From Macrostomum lignano (Eukaryota): 64,000 bases of DNA. How positions within the stretch are numbered: position 1 is the stretch's first letter; every line of letters starts with the position of its first letter. The notes under the pieces are model-generated. The model did no database searches, was not told where the DNA came from, and saw only the letters and a list, made by a program, of their open reading frames with translations. The position numbers and the translations under genes are program-made. The stretch lies in contig NIVC01000412.1 in NCBI GenBank assembly GCA_002269645.1, positions 806,001-870,000 on the forward strand. The letters run 5' to 3'. This document shows positions 10,078-23,234 of this stretch, piece after piece.

Positions 10078-11520
10078 GAGTCATGATGCAGGCTAATGAG
10101 CTCATTCTCATGAACCATGATGCAGGCTACTGAGCTCATTCTCATGATGCAGGCTACTGAGCTCATTCTCATGAGTCATGATGCAGGCTACTGTGCTCAT
10201 TCTCATGAATCATGATGCAGGCTACTGAGCTCATTCTCATGATGCAGGCTACTGAGCTCATTCTCATGAGTCATGATGCAGGCTACTGAGCTCATTTTCA
10301 TGAGTCATGATGCAGGCTAATGAGCTCATTCTCATGAGTCATGATGCAGGCTACTGTGCTCATTCTCATGAGTCATGATGCAGGCTACTGTGCTCATTCT
10401 CGTGAGTCATGATGCAGGCTACTGTGCTCATTCTCATGAGTCATGATGCAGGCTACTGAGCTCATTCTCATGAGTCATGATGCAGGCTACTGTGCTCATT
10501 CTCATGAGTCATGATGCAGGCTACTGTGCTCATTCTCATGAGTCATGATGCAGGCTACTGTGCTCATTCTCGTGAGTCATGATGCAGGCTACTGTGCTCA
10601 TTCTCATGAGTCATGATACAGGCTACTGAGCTCATTCTCGTGAGTCATGATGCAGGCTACTGAGCTCATTCTCATGAGTCATGATGCAGGCTACTGAGCT
10701 CATTCTCATGAGTCATGATGCAGGCTACTGTGCTCATTCTCATGAGTCATGATGCAGGCTACTGTGCTCATTCTCGTGAGTCATGATGCAGGCTACTGTG
10801 CTCATTCTCATGAGTCATGATGCAGGCTACTGTGCTCATTCTCGTGAGTCATGATGCAGGCTACTGTGCTCATTCTCATGAGTCATGATGCAGGCTACTG
10901 AGCTCATTCTCATGAGTCATGATGCAGGCTACTGTGCTCATTCTCATGAGTCATGATGCAGGCTACTGTGCTCATTCTCATGAGTCATGATACAGGCTAC
11001 TGAGCTCATTCTCTTGAGTCATGATGCAGGCTACTGTGCTCATTCTCATGAGTCATGATACAGGCTACTGAGCTCATTCTCGTGAGTCATGATGCAGGCT
11101 ACTGTGCTCATTCTCATGAGTCATGATGCAGGCTACTGAGCTCATTCTCATGAGTCATGATGCAGGCTACTGTGCTCATTCTCATGAGTCATGATGCAGG
11201 CTACTGTGCTCATTCTCATGAGTCATGATACAGGCTACTGAGCTCATTCTCGTGAGTCATGATGCAGGCTACTGTGCTCATTCTCATGAGTCATGATACA
11301 GGCTACTGAGCTCATTCTCGTGAGTCATGATGCAGGCTACTGTGCTCATTCTCATGAGTCATGATGCAGGCTACTGAGCTCATTCTCATGAGTCATGATG
11401 CAGGCTACTGTGCTCATTCTCATGAGTCATGATACAGGCTACTGAGCTCATTCTCGTGAGTCATGATGCAGGCTAATGAGCTCATTCTCGTGAGTCATGA
11501 TGCAGGCTAATGATCTCATT
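10078..11520. repeat. 34-bp satellite (GAGTCATGATGCAGGCTACTG[A/T]GCTCATTCTCAT), ~40 copies
   Basis: Period 34 read directly from the sequence. Confidence 0.95.
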
Positions 11521-11745
11521 CTAGAAAAATGTGATTTCAAAACTGAAATTTAAACAAAAAAATGTATTTTTCAGTAAGTTACTTGGATACTTATGAGAAG
11601 CATTAGGGATGCCTCTACATCACGTGATGTACACCTATTTAAAGTTCATAAGGGTTACAACATTTCATACTTATACATTGAGATATCAACAATAAATAAA
11701 CCAGATTAAACATAATTTAGTAACCAGTTTGATAAACAATATTAA

Positions 11746-14700
11746 TTACACAGGATTAAGATCGGTGAAGGCAATAAGCCGCTCGATGCCGATAAGCCTG
11801 AACAGGATCGGGCAGGTGTACACAACGTTGAACGCTACAACGCTGTAGGTAACGAATTTGTAGGGCAATTCAACTTTCAACAGTTGCAGGTTCTTAGCAT
11901 TGCCCGGCTCGAGTTTGTACAGAAAGCACAGGCAGTGGTAGGTGATGGACTTCATAGCGCTGCGAGTGGCAATCAGCACTGTGCCACCCAGAGCCATGCG
12001 CATAGCCTGCGGCGCGCGGGGTGAGGATGGCTTGTTGAGATTGAGATAGAGTGTAATATATGGGGTATAGATCATCTACTAGAGTAGACCAGAATATCTA
12101 GTAGAATAGAATAGAAAATCTAATACAGAATAATAGAGCATCTAATAGGGCAGAGTATAACATCTAATAGGGCAGAGTATAACATCAAATAGAGCAGAGT
12201 AGAACATCTAATAGAGCAGAATAGAATATCTAATAGATCAGAATAGAACATCTAATAGATCAGAATAAAACATCTAATAGATAAGAATAGAACATCTAAT
12301 AGAGCGGAGTAGAACATCTAATAGAGTAGATTAGAACATATATCATCACAGAACGCAACCGCACTCACCGTGCTCCCAATGAACTCAATATCAGGAAATT
12401 TCACCGCATACGGCGGTGGCTCCAGAGGCCGATCATAGAAGCCCTGAGCATAGGCCAGCCAGGAGGCAACTGAGACGCCGCACATCACAGCCAGAGTCAT
12501 GGTGGAGTCGCCGCGGGCGGAATTCCATTGGTCCAGTCTGGGATAGGCGTAGGACAGCAGCAGCAGGCCGGTTGTGATGAGGAACGGCGAGTACGGATGG
12601 GTCAGCTGGAAGTTGTCCATGGCGTCCAGGAACGGGTAGATGAAGGCCAGGAACACCATGCCGAATAAGGCGCCGCTGAGTACGTCCTGAAAGTACATCG
12701 TGTTCTTCAGTATTGGCTTTGGGAAGCGGCTTTAGCTTACAGTACTGAGTATTTAACCCAGCAACTGAGGATCTGGGAGGCTGGCCTAGCAACTGAGGAT
12801 CTGGGAGGCTGGCCAAGCAAGCAACTGAGGATCTGGGAGGCTGGCCTAGCAACTGAGGATCTGGGAGGCTGGCCTAGCAACTGAAGATCTGGGTAGCACA
12901 CCACATCTTAAGAAAGGCAAGTGTGCAACGCTATGCCATTTGACTTCACTGTTATGCGCAACATCTATGACCCAAGGGTCACACGGTTATTCCTACCGGT
13001 TCATTTAATCAAAAGCTTCGAGAATCTCTTATCAGCTGTTACGTAAGCTGCTATCAAGTTGAACTCAGCAGGCACAGTGTATGATTGATTAATTAAAATC
13101 TATGTGGCATAGCGGGCTTTAAATAGGAAGGCTGTTACCAAAAGTAAACATTGGTCCGCATATTTGCTATAGATAACGGGCCATTCCAATTAAAAATCAT
13201 AAACTCACCAGAACGCTGTGCATGCCAAGGTAAATTCGACTCAAACAGACCAGTAGGCTCCAGAATACGCATAATATGAAACCCAGTTCAGTTGAGAACT
13301 GCAAATGAAATGCAATATGGTTATTGGGACTGAAGAGACACATTAGACACAGCATATCGTATTTACAGACAATAGACACACAGCACATCATATTAAAGAC
13401 ACAATTAATAGACACACAGCACATCATATTACAGACACATTAGACACACAGCACATCATATTTCAGACACAATAGACACACAGCACATCATATTAGACAC
13501 AATAGACACACAGCACATCATATTAAAGACACAATTAATGGACACACAGCACATCATATTACAGACACATTAGACACACAGCACATCATATTTAGACACA
13601 ATAGACACACAGCACATCATATTAGACACCATAGACACACTGCATATCATATTACAGACACATTGGACACACAGCACATCATATTTAGACACAATAGACA
13701 CGCAGCACATCATATTACAGACACAATAGACACGCAGCACATCATATTACAGACACAATAGACACGCAGCACATCATATTACAGACACAATAGACACGCA
13801 GCACATCATATTACAGACACAATAGACACGCAGCACATTATATTTCAGGCACAATAGACACGCAGCACATTATATTTCAGACACAATAGACACGCAGCAC
13901 ATTATATTTCAGACACAATAGACACGCAGCACATCATATTACAGACACAATAGACACGCAGCACATCATATTACAGACACAATAGACACGCAGCACATCA
14001 TATTACAGACACAATAGACACGCAGCACATCATATTACAGACACAATAGACACGCAGCACATTATATTTCAGACACAATAGACACGCAGCACATCATATT
14101 ACAGACACAATAGACACGCAGCACATTATATTTCAGACACAATAGACACGCAGCACATCATATTACAGACACAATAGACACGCAGCACATCATATTACAG
14201 ACACAATAGACACGCAGCACATCATATTACAGACACAATAGACACGCAGCACATCATATTACAGACACAATAGACACGCAGCACATCATATTACAGACAC
14301 AATAGACACGCAGCACATCATATTACAGACACAATAGACACGCAGCACATTATATTTCAGACACAATAGACACGCAGCACATCATATTACAGACACAATA
14401 GACACGCAGCACATCATATTACAGACACAATAGACACGCAGCACATCATATTACAAACACAATAGACACGCAGCACATCATATTACAGACACAATAGACA
14501 CGCAGCACATCATATTACAGACACAATAGACACGCAGCACATTATATTTCAGACACAATAGACACGCAGCACATCATATTACAGACACAATAGACACGCA
14601 GCACATCATATTACAGACACAATAGACACACAGCACATCATATTTAGACACAATAGACACACAGGCAGAGCACATCATATTACAGACACAATAGACACGC

Positions 14701-15529
14701 AGCACATCATATTACAGACACAATAGACACGCAGCACATTATATTTCAGACACAATAGACACGCAGCACATCATATTACAGACACAATATACAACATTGG
14801 CACAAAACAGTCAGGGTCACAGAGTGCACAACATACCAGATAGCGGTTGTGAGTCAGGAAGAACAGCGAGAACGGTATAGTGACGGCAATGGTGGCGTGA
14901 GTAGATGGAAATCCATACTCAAGTTCGTAACGCTTCTCCAGCTTAGCCACAGGCGGACTGGCCGGCCGGGGACTCCTAATAAGATCCTTGATAGCCTGGC
15001 CGAACCACATGGAGAAGCCCCAGGCTATGACCACACGCCGACAAACGTAGCCATCAACATTCCAGAACCAGTAGGGGAAAAATGTACAGTTGAATTCCTC
15101 ATTGCCCAGCATAGCGCCAAAGGAGAACAGATGGTACAGGAACAGGTTCTTCACTTTATAATCGACATTGTTCTTCATTGAATAGTCCATCAGCGAGTGC
15201 TGCACGCGACTTTTCACGCTCTGTTTCCATTGGTCGTCGCTGCGCTGCCTCCTGTGTCGAAGGTGCTGCGGTCTGCCCTGCTGATGCTGCTGTTGAAGAG
15301 GCTTTCCAGCTGTCACAGATGGCTGAATCCGGACATCTTGCTCTGTTCCAGAATCATTATCGCTGCAGTTTGATAGCTCCATCTTGTCCGGCTCATTGTC
15401 CTCGTCCTCCTCGTCCATGGAGTTCAATCCGCTGTCCTTGAAGCCGATGTCCAGACCGCATAGGCTTTGAAATCTTGCCACCAGATTAGGATCGTTGAGT
15501 TGAGAGATGAGACTCTTGACCCGATACAT
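11746..15529 (-). CDS. SGPP: Sphingosine-1-phosphate phosphatase (PAP2 family), 4 coding exons, ~453 aa
   Basis: complement(join(11746..12006,12369..12686,13209..13298,14837..15529)); all GT-AG, phase 0, 1362 nt. PAP2 motifs KDLIRSPRP, GFPSTH, SRIYLGMHSVLDV. N-term LNDPNLVARFQSLCGL resembles the SGPP2 N-terminus. Acceptor at 15541 just upstream of the ATG. Confidence 0.93.
12095..12325. repeat. ~20-bp minisatellite (AGAACATCTAATAGAGCAG) in SGPP intron 3
   Basis: About 10 degenerate tandem units. Confidence 0.8.
12763..12893. repeat. ~29-bp tandem repeat (GCAACTGAGGATCTGGGAGGCTGGCCTA) in SGPP intron 2
   Basis: 4-5 units. Confidence 0.8.
13335..14790. repeat. 32-bp satellite (AGACACAATAGACACGCAGCACATCATATTAC) filling SGPP intron 1
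   Basis: Period 32; occupies about 95% of the intron 13299-14836. Confidence 0.95.
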
Positions 15530-18097
15530 CGGTGCAGTGGCTGTAGCAAGAGAGTTGATTAGGCCAAGTAAGAGCAGTGTCAGACTCAAACTACCGACAC
15601 CCTAGCCACACCTTTATGCATAAAAAACGTCTCAGATCGAACGCAAGAAAGCAAGCGAGCGAGTCTTGCTAATAATAGGCTTGAGGACGTGGAGGAGGGG
15701 TGGCGGCGGAGAGGACGGAGCGGTGGCGCGATGGGGTGGGTCCGCAGCCAATATAATGCCAGGGCATGTACTGCACTGCACTGCGCAATATTGTGTGTAA
15801 CAGTACGAGCTCAGGCAGAGAAAGTAGAATGAAAAAACTAACATAGAATCTTAATTTTCTAAACGAGAAGCTTTATGAATATCAATAGAACTATAAAAAA
15901 GGCACAACATATCAAAATATGAACATTGGGTCTGCTTCCTATTAAAAGCAATAACATTTTTTTTGTGCTGAAAATGAAAAATTCCTATCTCCGTAGTGTA
16001 TTTTTAGGCGAAAAGTGGCCTTCAAAACTTTTTCCTTGAAACGTGAGTGTCGCATCCTGTATATATACGTTGCTTTAGTTGTCTTTGGTGGAAACCTTAT
16101 CAATCTTATAGCTCCTTTAGGAAGATTTAGATTGAGCTTTAGCGCTATAACTATTAAGCTAACTCCAGAGTAACTAGATAACTAGATAGACAGCGGTCAG
16201 CCAGTGAGAGAGTTTAAGGCTAATAGCACGAGTCCAGCGCGTGTACAGAGCAGACTTGGTCCACAGAATTTCTCTCTCAACAAATAGGCAAAAAAGAGGC
16301 AGTTACACCCAACAGAACAGAAAAGCTTGGGTAAGAGAGTAAAATGGTACTTATATATAGAAGTATTTAAGAAACGCAGCTCGAGTCTAAAGTTTTTTGC
16401 TAGGAAACGACCTAGAGAAATAATAAAGTACTCCTCGCGTAATTAGGGTTTAAATGCGCGTGTATGACCTGCAAGGGAATGCAGGGGTCGCAAAAGTTGT
16501 TTAATTTCCCCTTAACGGCCAGATAGAGAGGCTAGCGCATGACCACGGGGACAGAGAAGGGGAGATAGGAGAGAGAATAGAGCAAAGACAAGAGAGATAG
16601 GAGAAATGAGAAAATGATAGGAGACGAGACGAGAGGAGAGGAGAAGAGAGGAGAGAAGAGAGATTAGAGAAAGGGATATTAGAGAGGAGAGCTAAGAAGA
16701 GACCAACCTAGAGCTATTGTCGCTTGTTGCTATTTTCAATTTTAAAAGGACCCGAGAGCTGGAGCTTTTAGTTCAGCTATTCCTATTGGTTTGCAAATAT
16801 ATTTCACTAAATTTAAATGAAAATAAGACAAGCTTACTGCAAACACCTGTACAAAATGGCCCCACCTGTGTCTGTGTAGGCGGGTCAGCTGGAGAATACA
16901 AGCAGCCTGGGCAGAGCAAGAAATCCATAAATAGAAACTTGGATTGCAATGCTTTGAGATTAAGATTGATTCAATGTGAACTGTGGACCACATGGTATGG
17001 TATGCTTACAGTGTATAGTCCAGTTTCAACCTAGATAGTCTAGATTAGTAATGCAAGCAAGCATTAGCTAAGTGAAAACTGCTGGCACGCACTGACACGA
17101 GTTCTGTAACTTGTAAGCTAAATCGGGAAATTACATTAAGTACACAGCGAGTGCATGGCAAGCACAGTAACACTTGAAAGAGAAAACAGGGCTACATGAC
17201 CTAACTTATAGGCTTATCAAATACAAGTTATACTTATTGAACTCAATGATCCTCAGAGGTTTTTTCTGATACCTTCATGAGACACTTCATATCTTTGACA
17301 GATTGGAAGACCTATACATTGCAGAAAGAATATAATATGACGAAGAGAAAGTGGGGCTTGTATGCAGGAATATTGGCCAAAAGAGGGTTATTATGCAATT
17401 CACACCATGAGGGCCAATCCCCAGGGCACAGAGTGTACAAGTCTGACGATTAGAAAGTCACAGCCACTGTAAACCTCAGGAGTCAGCAGAATGGACAACA
17501 GCATCTCAGTGCTACATGCATTTGTGGGATGATGGTGCCAAAAGTATTATTATTATCACAATATAGACTTCTACTTGAAAAATCCTACTTTTAATAGATA
17601 ATTCATACTTTTAATTAAATACATGTGCAAATAAAGTAGATATAAATAGAAAAAATTAAATTGAATAGTTTTTATTATAGAAATAATAAACTTTAACTTT
17701 ATCAAAAATCTTTTTATTGTATACTTTGTCTTTGATTATGCCATGAAAATATTTTGTCTAAGTTTAAATAAAATATCTATAGCTACTATTGCTCTATTTA
17801 AGCCAAGGGATATTCAAATTCATTGACTAAGGCTTAGTATATTTAAGATAATATATCTTATATTTAGATAATACACTTATCTTATAATTATAATTATAAT
17901 AGGGCTTTTAGACCTAAATTTTTTTCAACTTCTTTTTTGTTAATTTATTGATTATTACTCATTTTTATATTTTGGATAACACTCTTAAGATAGCTTTTCA
18001 ATATATATCTAGCTGATAGATCTAAATTCCTAAGATTTCAAATAGGTTAAGGGATGCAACACATTGTCATTACATTTATCAATCTATATAATATGTT

Positions 18098-18854
18098 AAT
18101 ATAGCATTTTGCAGCCCATTTGGGCCCACGCGCATTCAATTTAATCCAAGATACATTTGCCAATGTAACAGAGCTTTTGTCTATGGTAGCAAGGCTCGCG
18201 CAGTGGAATTTAATTTGGTCCAACAAGCATCCATTTGGTCCAAACACTCGTGAGCCATTGGACAAACTCTTCTTGCCTTCTCTCAACCATCTGCAGGTTG
18301 TTGTGCACCACTGGAATGTCAGTGTCTCTACCAAAAGTTTTCAGTTGCTTTTCCAGAGCTCTGCTGATAGTCGAAATCTGATAACCAACTGGAGCTGTTC
18401 CCTCAACTTCTGCTGCATTTCGGCAATGTCAACAAAGGGTTCGTCTCAACTGCATCGAGTAGCAATTGGACCTGAGGCTCTTGAGCAACTTTCCTTGGCG
18501 ATTGCCACCCTTTTGCAGGCAATCTCTGCCGGCAAAGTTTCAATGCACTGCTGGATGCTGTAAACCACCTTTTATTTTACATTCAGCAACCTTGCAATGT
18601 CCTTTGGGTGTTCACCTCCATCAAGTGCTTCAATCACAAGCCAATGACATTTGTTCAACAGCCTAGCATATGGTCCACAATTCTGGGACTGAGCTGCAAA
18701 TGAACTAAATGGACCAAATTGATGCTTGTTGGACTAAATTAAATGCCGCTGTGCCAGCCTTGCTACCATAGACAAAAGCTCCATTACTTTGACAAACATA
18801 TATTGGATTAAATTCAATGCGCGTAAGCCCAAATGGGCTGCAAAAAGCTATATT
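18098..18854 (-). mobile_element. Degenerate non-autonomous DNA transposon with ~145-bp TIRs and a Tc1/IS630-like HTH remnant
   Basis: 18098-18245 is an imperfect inverted repeat of 18709-18854. The minus strand encodes frameshifted LLDAVETNPLLTL...EMQQKLREQL...ISTISRALEKQL. Confidence 0.65.
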
Positions 18855-21800
18855 GAAATCCCTTTAAACAAAGTTATATTAACTAATATACACAATGAGT
18901 GGATCTGGTTTCATCACTTTGTTATCAATTGCCCAATTTCAGTTGTAGTAGCTAAAAATGTGGTCACTTTGTCAATTGTAAATATTCATTCTTATCAAAA
19001 GTTTCTATGCTTTTTGATGCCTATGCTTTTTGGTATATATCCTAGATTGCTTTTCCAATGCCCCAATTTATGATGCCTAAACAATAAAGTAATCTTAAGG
19101 TCTATAACAATATAAAAAATGTTCTACAAAACTTTTAATTCTCCTAATAAAAGTAGTATCAACTTTGTTAAACTGGCATGTTTTTTTATTTTGAAAAATC
19201 TATTTAATTGAATTGCATTTGCTATATATAAATATTGTATACAAGGCTACACTTAGAATGCATGCTAAGAATACTTAGTTAGGTAACAATGATATTTACC
19301 AATGATGCTACATATAGTTTTAATAAAAATGATGAATCATGACGAATCCCTTTTAATAAAAATTTAAATGAAATGAGAGACTTTTTCATAAAAAGCAACA
19401 GATCAACTTAAGAAAATTAATAATATCTTAAGTTATTTAAAGCAAGGATATACTGCAAAGTATTGTTAAATTAGGGCTTATTATTTTTTTCTTATTCTAC
19501 TTTATAATTTTGGTATTGAAAATCCAATCAGCCCAGAGAAAACAGTGCTGGCAAAAAGCTGGCAAAATGCTAGCTGGCTAGCAAAAGGATAGCAAAGTTT
19601 TTTCTGCTTTTTCTCATTTAAAATGCATATAAGAAGATCAACTAGTATAATTATTGTGTTTTGCAATAATTTTATAAGCTTCAGCAAAAATTTTTCGTTG
19701 GCAAATTTTTGCTAGCATTTCTTAAGCACCAACGCCTATTATTTAAAAATAACTGCATGTATCCATGTATTTTCTACTGGTTTACATCCTAACCAATCTG
19801 CACATGCTGAGCTGTAATTTTATGGAAAATTATATATATTTAGTCAAAAATATGGTTTTTTGTGCAAATGGGTGTGAATAGCATCCTGGTCTTAAAAATC
19901 GCACCTTGAAATTTGACTCAGGGTGCAAAAAGTGCACCAGAATTTTTTGCAAGGATGTGATGTGGATTTTACAATTTAGTGTTATGGACATGCAGCGCAT
20001 CCTGGTCTTGAAAATTGCACCCTGAAATCTAGCACAGGGTGCAAAATTGCACCCAAGTTATGGACGAAAAAAAACGCAGTCAAAAATCCTGATTTACATC
20101 ATTTCCCACAGCAAATCTTTATCATTGGCAAATCTCAATCAGCCATTTGCTAGCTTAATTTAGCTAGGATAAAGTTCAAAACCTTGTGCGATAAACACTC
20201 CTCTATCTCTTTTTATTAGGAATACAAAATAAATATTAAGTTTATGATTTAAATATGCATTAATACAGTTTACAATTTCAGTATTGGAAGTAAATTACAA
20301 ATCAAAATTAGTCTACATTTAGAAAATATGCTACATTTTTAGAAAGCATTTGCTCAATTTTGCCATTTCAAGTTCCCTGCTGTGCCAGTGGTATAACTGA
20401 CAGTTTGCATTTATAGAAAAGTCTGCCACTAGAGGTACCTAGTTCTGGTTCAAGTTCTAATTATAATTATAATTTATTGCTTCAAGCAAAGCAACTCAGT
20501 AAGTCTATGCTTTAGGCTATAGATAGTATTATTATTAATGTGTATGTAGTATGGTATAATTGATTGGTAATCTCATTAATCATGTTATGTCTTCTGAATT
20601 TTGTGCTATTTTCATGTCATTTTTTGTGTCTAGAGACTTGACAATACAAAATTATAAGATATAAGATAGTAGTATAAATAGTTGTAATTGTATTATACAT
20701 GCATGAAACTTGAAAGAAAGAAATATTGAAATTTATACTTTGCTGTGTCATATCTACTATGCCTTAAATAGTGACATTATTTGGCTAAGCTCATAACTAT
20801 AACCTATATTCAGATTTTATTTACATTTTTTATCATTGCTATGATTGCAGCCTTTATAAAACAGTTTAAAGATTATTTACAGAGTTCCTCGCTTCTTAGG
20901 AAATAACAGGCAAAATATTAAATTGCTTTGGTGGAACCTTTGGAATTTTTGGTGTTGGGACTGTCAAATGAATATGTCAACTGTTTGTATGAAAAACCTT
21001 TGGTCATTGCCCTGTAGATGTCCACTAGCTATGGTCAAATTATTGACAATAAGATGTTTTCTTATCTTTTTTGAACTTATCCTATATATATATTATTTTA
21101 AGTTTGTCTTATGGGCTCCATGTTTTTCCTAAAAGAAGCAGTCCAAAAACCCCCATCTTAATGCTTCTGAAAGTGACATCAAGGACCTAGTGTGGAAATG
21201 CCTAAAGGGGGCCAAGCCCAAGAATTGTGTGTGGTACAAGTCATACAAAAGTGCCTCCAGCTGCAATGTCAACACCTCCCAGGCAATTGAGCCAACAAGG
21301 AGAAACTGCTGCCAGATTAGCAAGCATCCATACTAGCAGCTCTTTATCTGTTAGTGATAGTAGCCATAAGGACTCCAATGATGAAGTATGAATTTGGTTT
21401 TTGTATTAATGATGTAAGCTACAATGTTGCAGGTATAATTCATTCTTGCTTTTAGCTTTCTGTTATTACAATAACAAAATGATATACGCTTAGATTATGA
21501 TTATGATACATCATACAGCTTGAAAATCATGCTGAATTACAACTATTAGCATAGTCTTAAATTCTTCCTTCATGCAGGGAGTACCAAATATATGGCTGAA
21601 TTTAGTGAACTACATCTTTCCAAAATGTTTTAGCCACATTTAAGGATAGTGCTTTTGATATGTTGTCCTACAAACTTTTACCAAACTGAATTTGTGGATA
21701 TATATTCATCTCTAACTTAATATCGACGTCTAAATGTTATGCAGGACATTGAATTGAATAGTTTTTACTGCACAAAATAGTATAGGTTTATTTGGCTGAG

Positions 21801-22328
21801 AAGAAAATATTTTTACTAATATTAGAAATTTCTCAAAACTCCTGTCTTCTATAAAACAATATGGTTCTTTATGTTATTCAGTCTATTATGCAAGCAAATG
21901 CTACAGTTGCTGTAGTTGGCTTCCTGTATCATATTTTTCACACCTAAAATCATGCCTATATCTTATAATTAAGGCAGATCTGGTTGTTCCCTATGCAAGT
22001 GCCATGTATATGGCTTGATATATTTGGCTTGGCAAGTGCTAAGTGTTGCTACTATAATTTTGTATGATTTATATGCTTAGTGTGCTTTGTATATGCTAGT
22101 TATACTATAAGCAATAATTGAATGTGCTTAGTGCAAGTCATGCTATAATTTTATATATGCTTATACTCATTGTGCTTTATCTTTCCCAATTATAATACTT
22201 TCATTAATTAATTGATTGTATATAAAGAATAAGTTGACATTTAATGATACTTGAGGTAAGGTAGCACGCTTTAGCAGGCAGAGAAATACAAAAGTTAAAA
22301 CCAACATAGATTATAATAAATTCTTTCT

Positions 22329-22366
22329 TCCGACGCATTTCGGTCCAACAATGACCATCTTCAGGG
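22329..22366 (-). ncRNA. Minimal hammerhead-ribozyme-like motif (Penelope-like element type), possibly degenerate
   Basis: Minus strand reads cc-CUGAAGA-u-ggtc[attgttg]gacc-GAAA-ugcg-UC-gg. Stem I is only 2 bp. Confidence 0.45.
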
Positions 22367-22706
22367 TCTGGTGTATTTTTAACTCACACAACAACTTTAT
22401 AAGTGAACAAATGTTAACCGTACAGTCCTGATTAGAACTGATTTTAGGCTCAACATACTTGAATCCATGTACATTAAAGACCAAAAACCTAATCTGAATA
22501 TTCAGCTCTCCTATAGTGGTGTCTCCCATACATAGCCATTTGCTCAAGGTATTCTAAGTAAAGGCACTAGTCTGAACAATGTACTTGCAATCTATGCTTA
22601 ACATTTTGGAAAATTCTGTCCATGACATGCCTTTTGGACTGTACAGTTAACATTTGTTCACTTATAAAGTTGTTGTGTGAGTTAAAAATACACTAGACCC
22701 TGAAGA
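22358..22706. repeat. 71-bp inverted repeat (22358-22428 / 22636-22706) with ~207-bp spacer
   Basis: Two mismatches by eye; the outer ends fall in the CTGAAGA core. Confidence 0.85.
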
Positions 22707-23234
22707 CCCTGAATACTGACTGATTATTAAATACAGGCTCAGGCAACAGGCAATTGAGTCAGAATTCATCAATTGATATGACCGTCTTTTTGGCCTTTAA
22801 AAAATGCCATAGGCCTATAGAGTCAAATACATTATTTACTATAATGCTTTATTAGCTGGTCATGATATTTAGACTCTTGCAATGTATTTAATAATCAGTT
22901 GGAATAAGAGTTGGAATATTCCAACCATTATTCATACTTGTAATTTAACCACATTACGAGTTGGAATAAGAATGACGGTCGGAATATTCCAAGTCGGACA
23001 AAGTTAAAAAGGTAGTTAGGTAGGCCCTAGGCCTAGCCTTAAAATAAGTAAGAAAAATATGCAAAGTCGTTGTTTTTGTCAATAAATAATATTAGTTAGG
23101 CCTAATTAGTGATACTGATAACTTGCAGTCTGCGACACAGCGACTGGGACTACGTTAGTCATTCTTGTGCACTCTCGCCGCTGTATCGCCCCATTTTTGC
23201 ACTGTACTCACTCACACAAAGTACATTAAGAAAG

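Noticed and set aside
10078-14790. Regular 32-34 bp repeats as CRISPR arrays
   Set aside because: Units are contiguous with no unique spacers; eukaryotic context; no cas genes.
22890-23100. GGAATATTCC / GTTAGG-rich stretch as a MITE
   Set aside because: No termini or second copy could be defined within the window.
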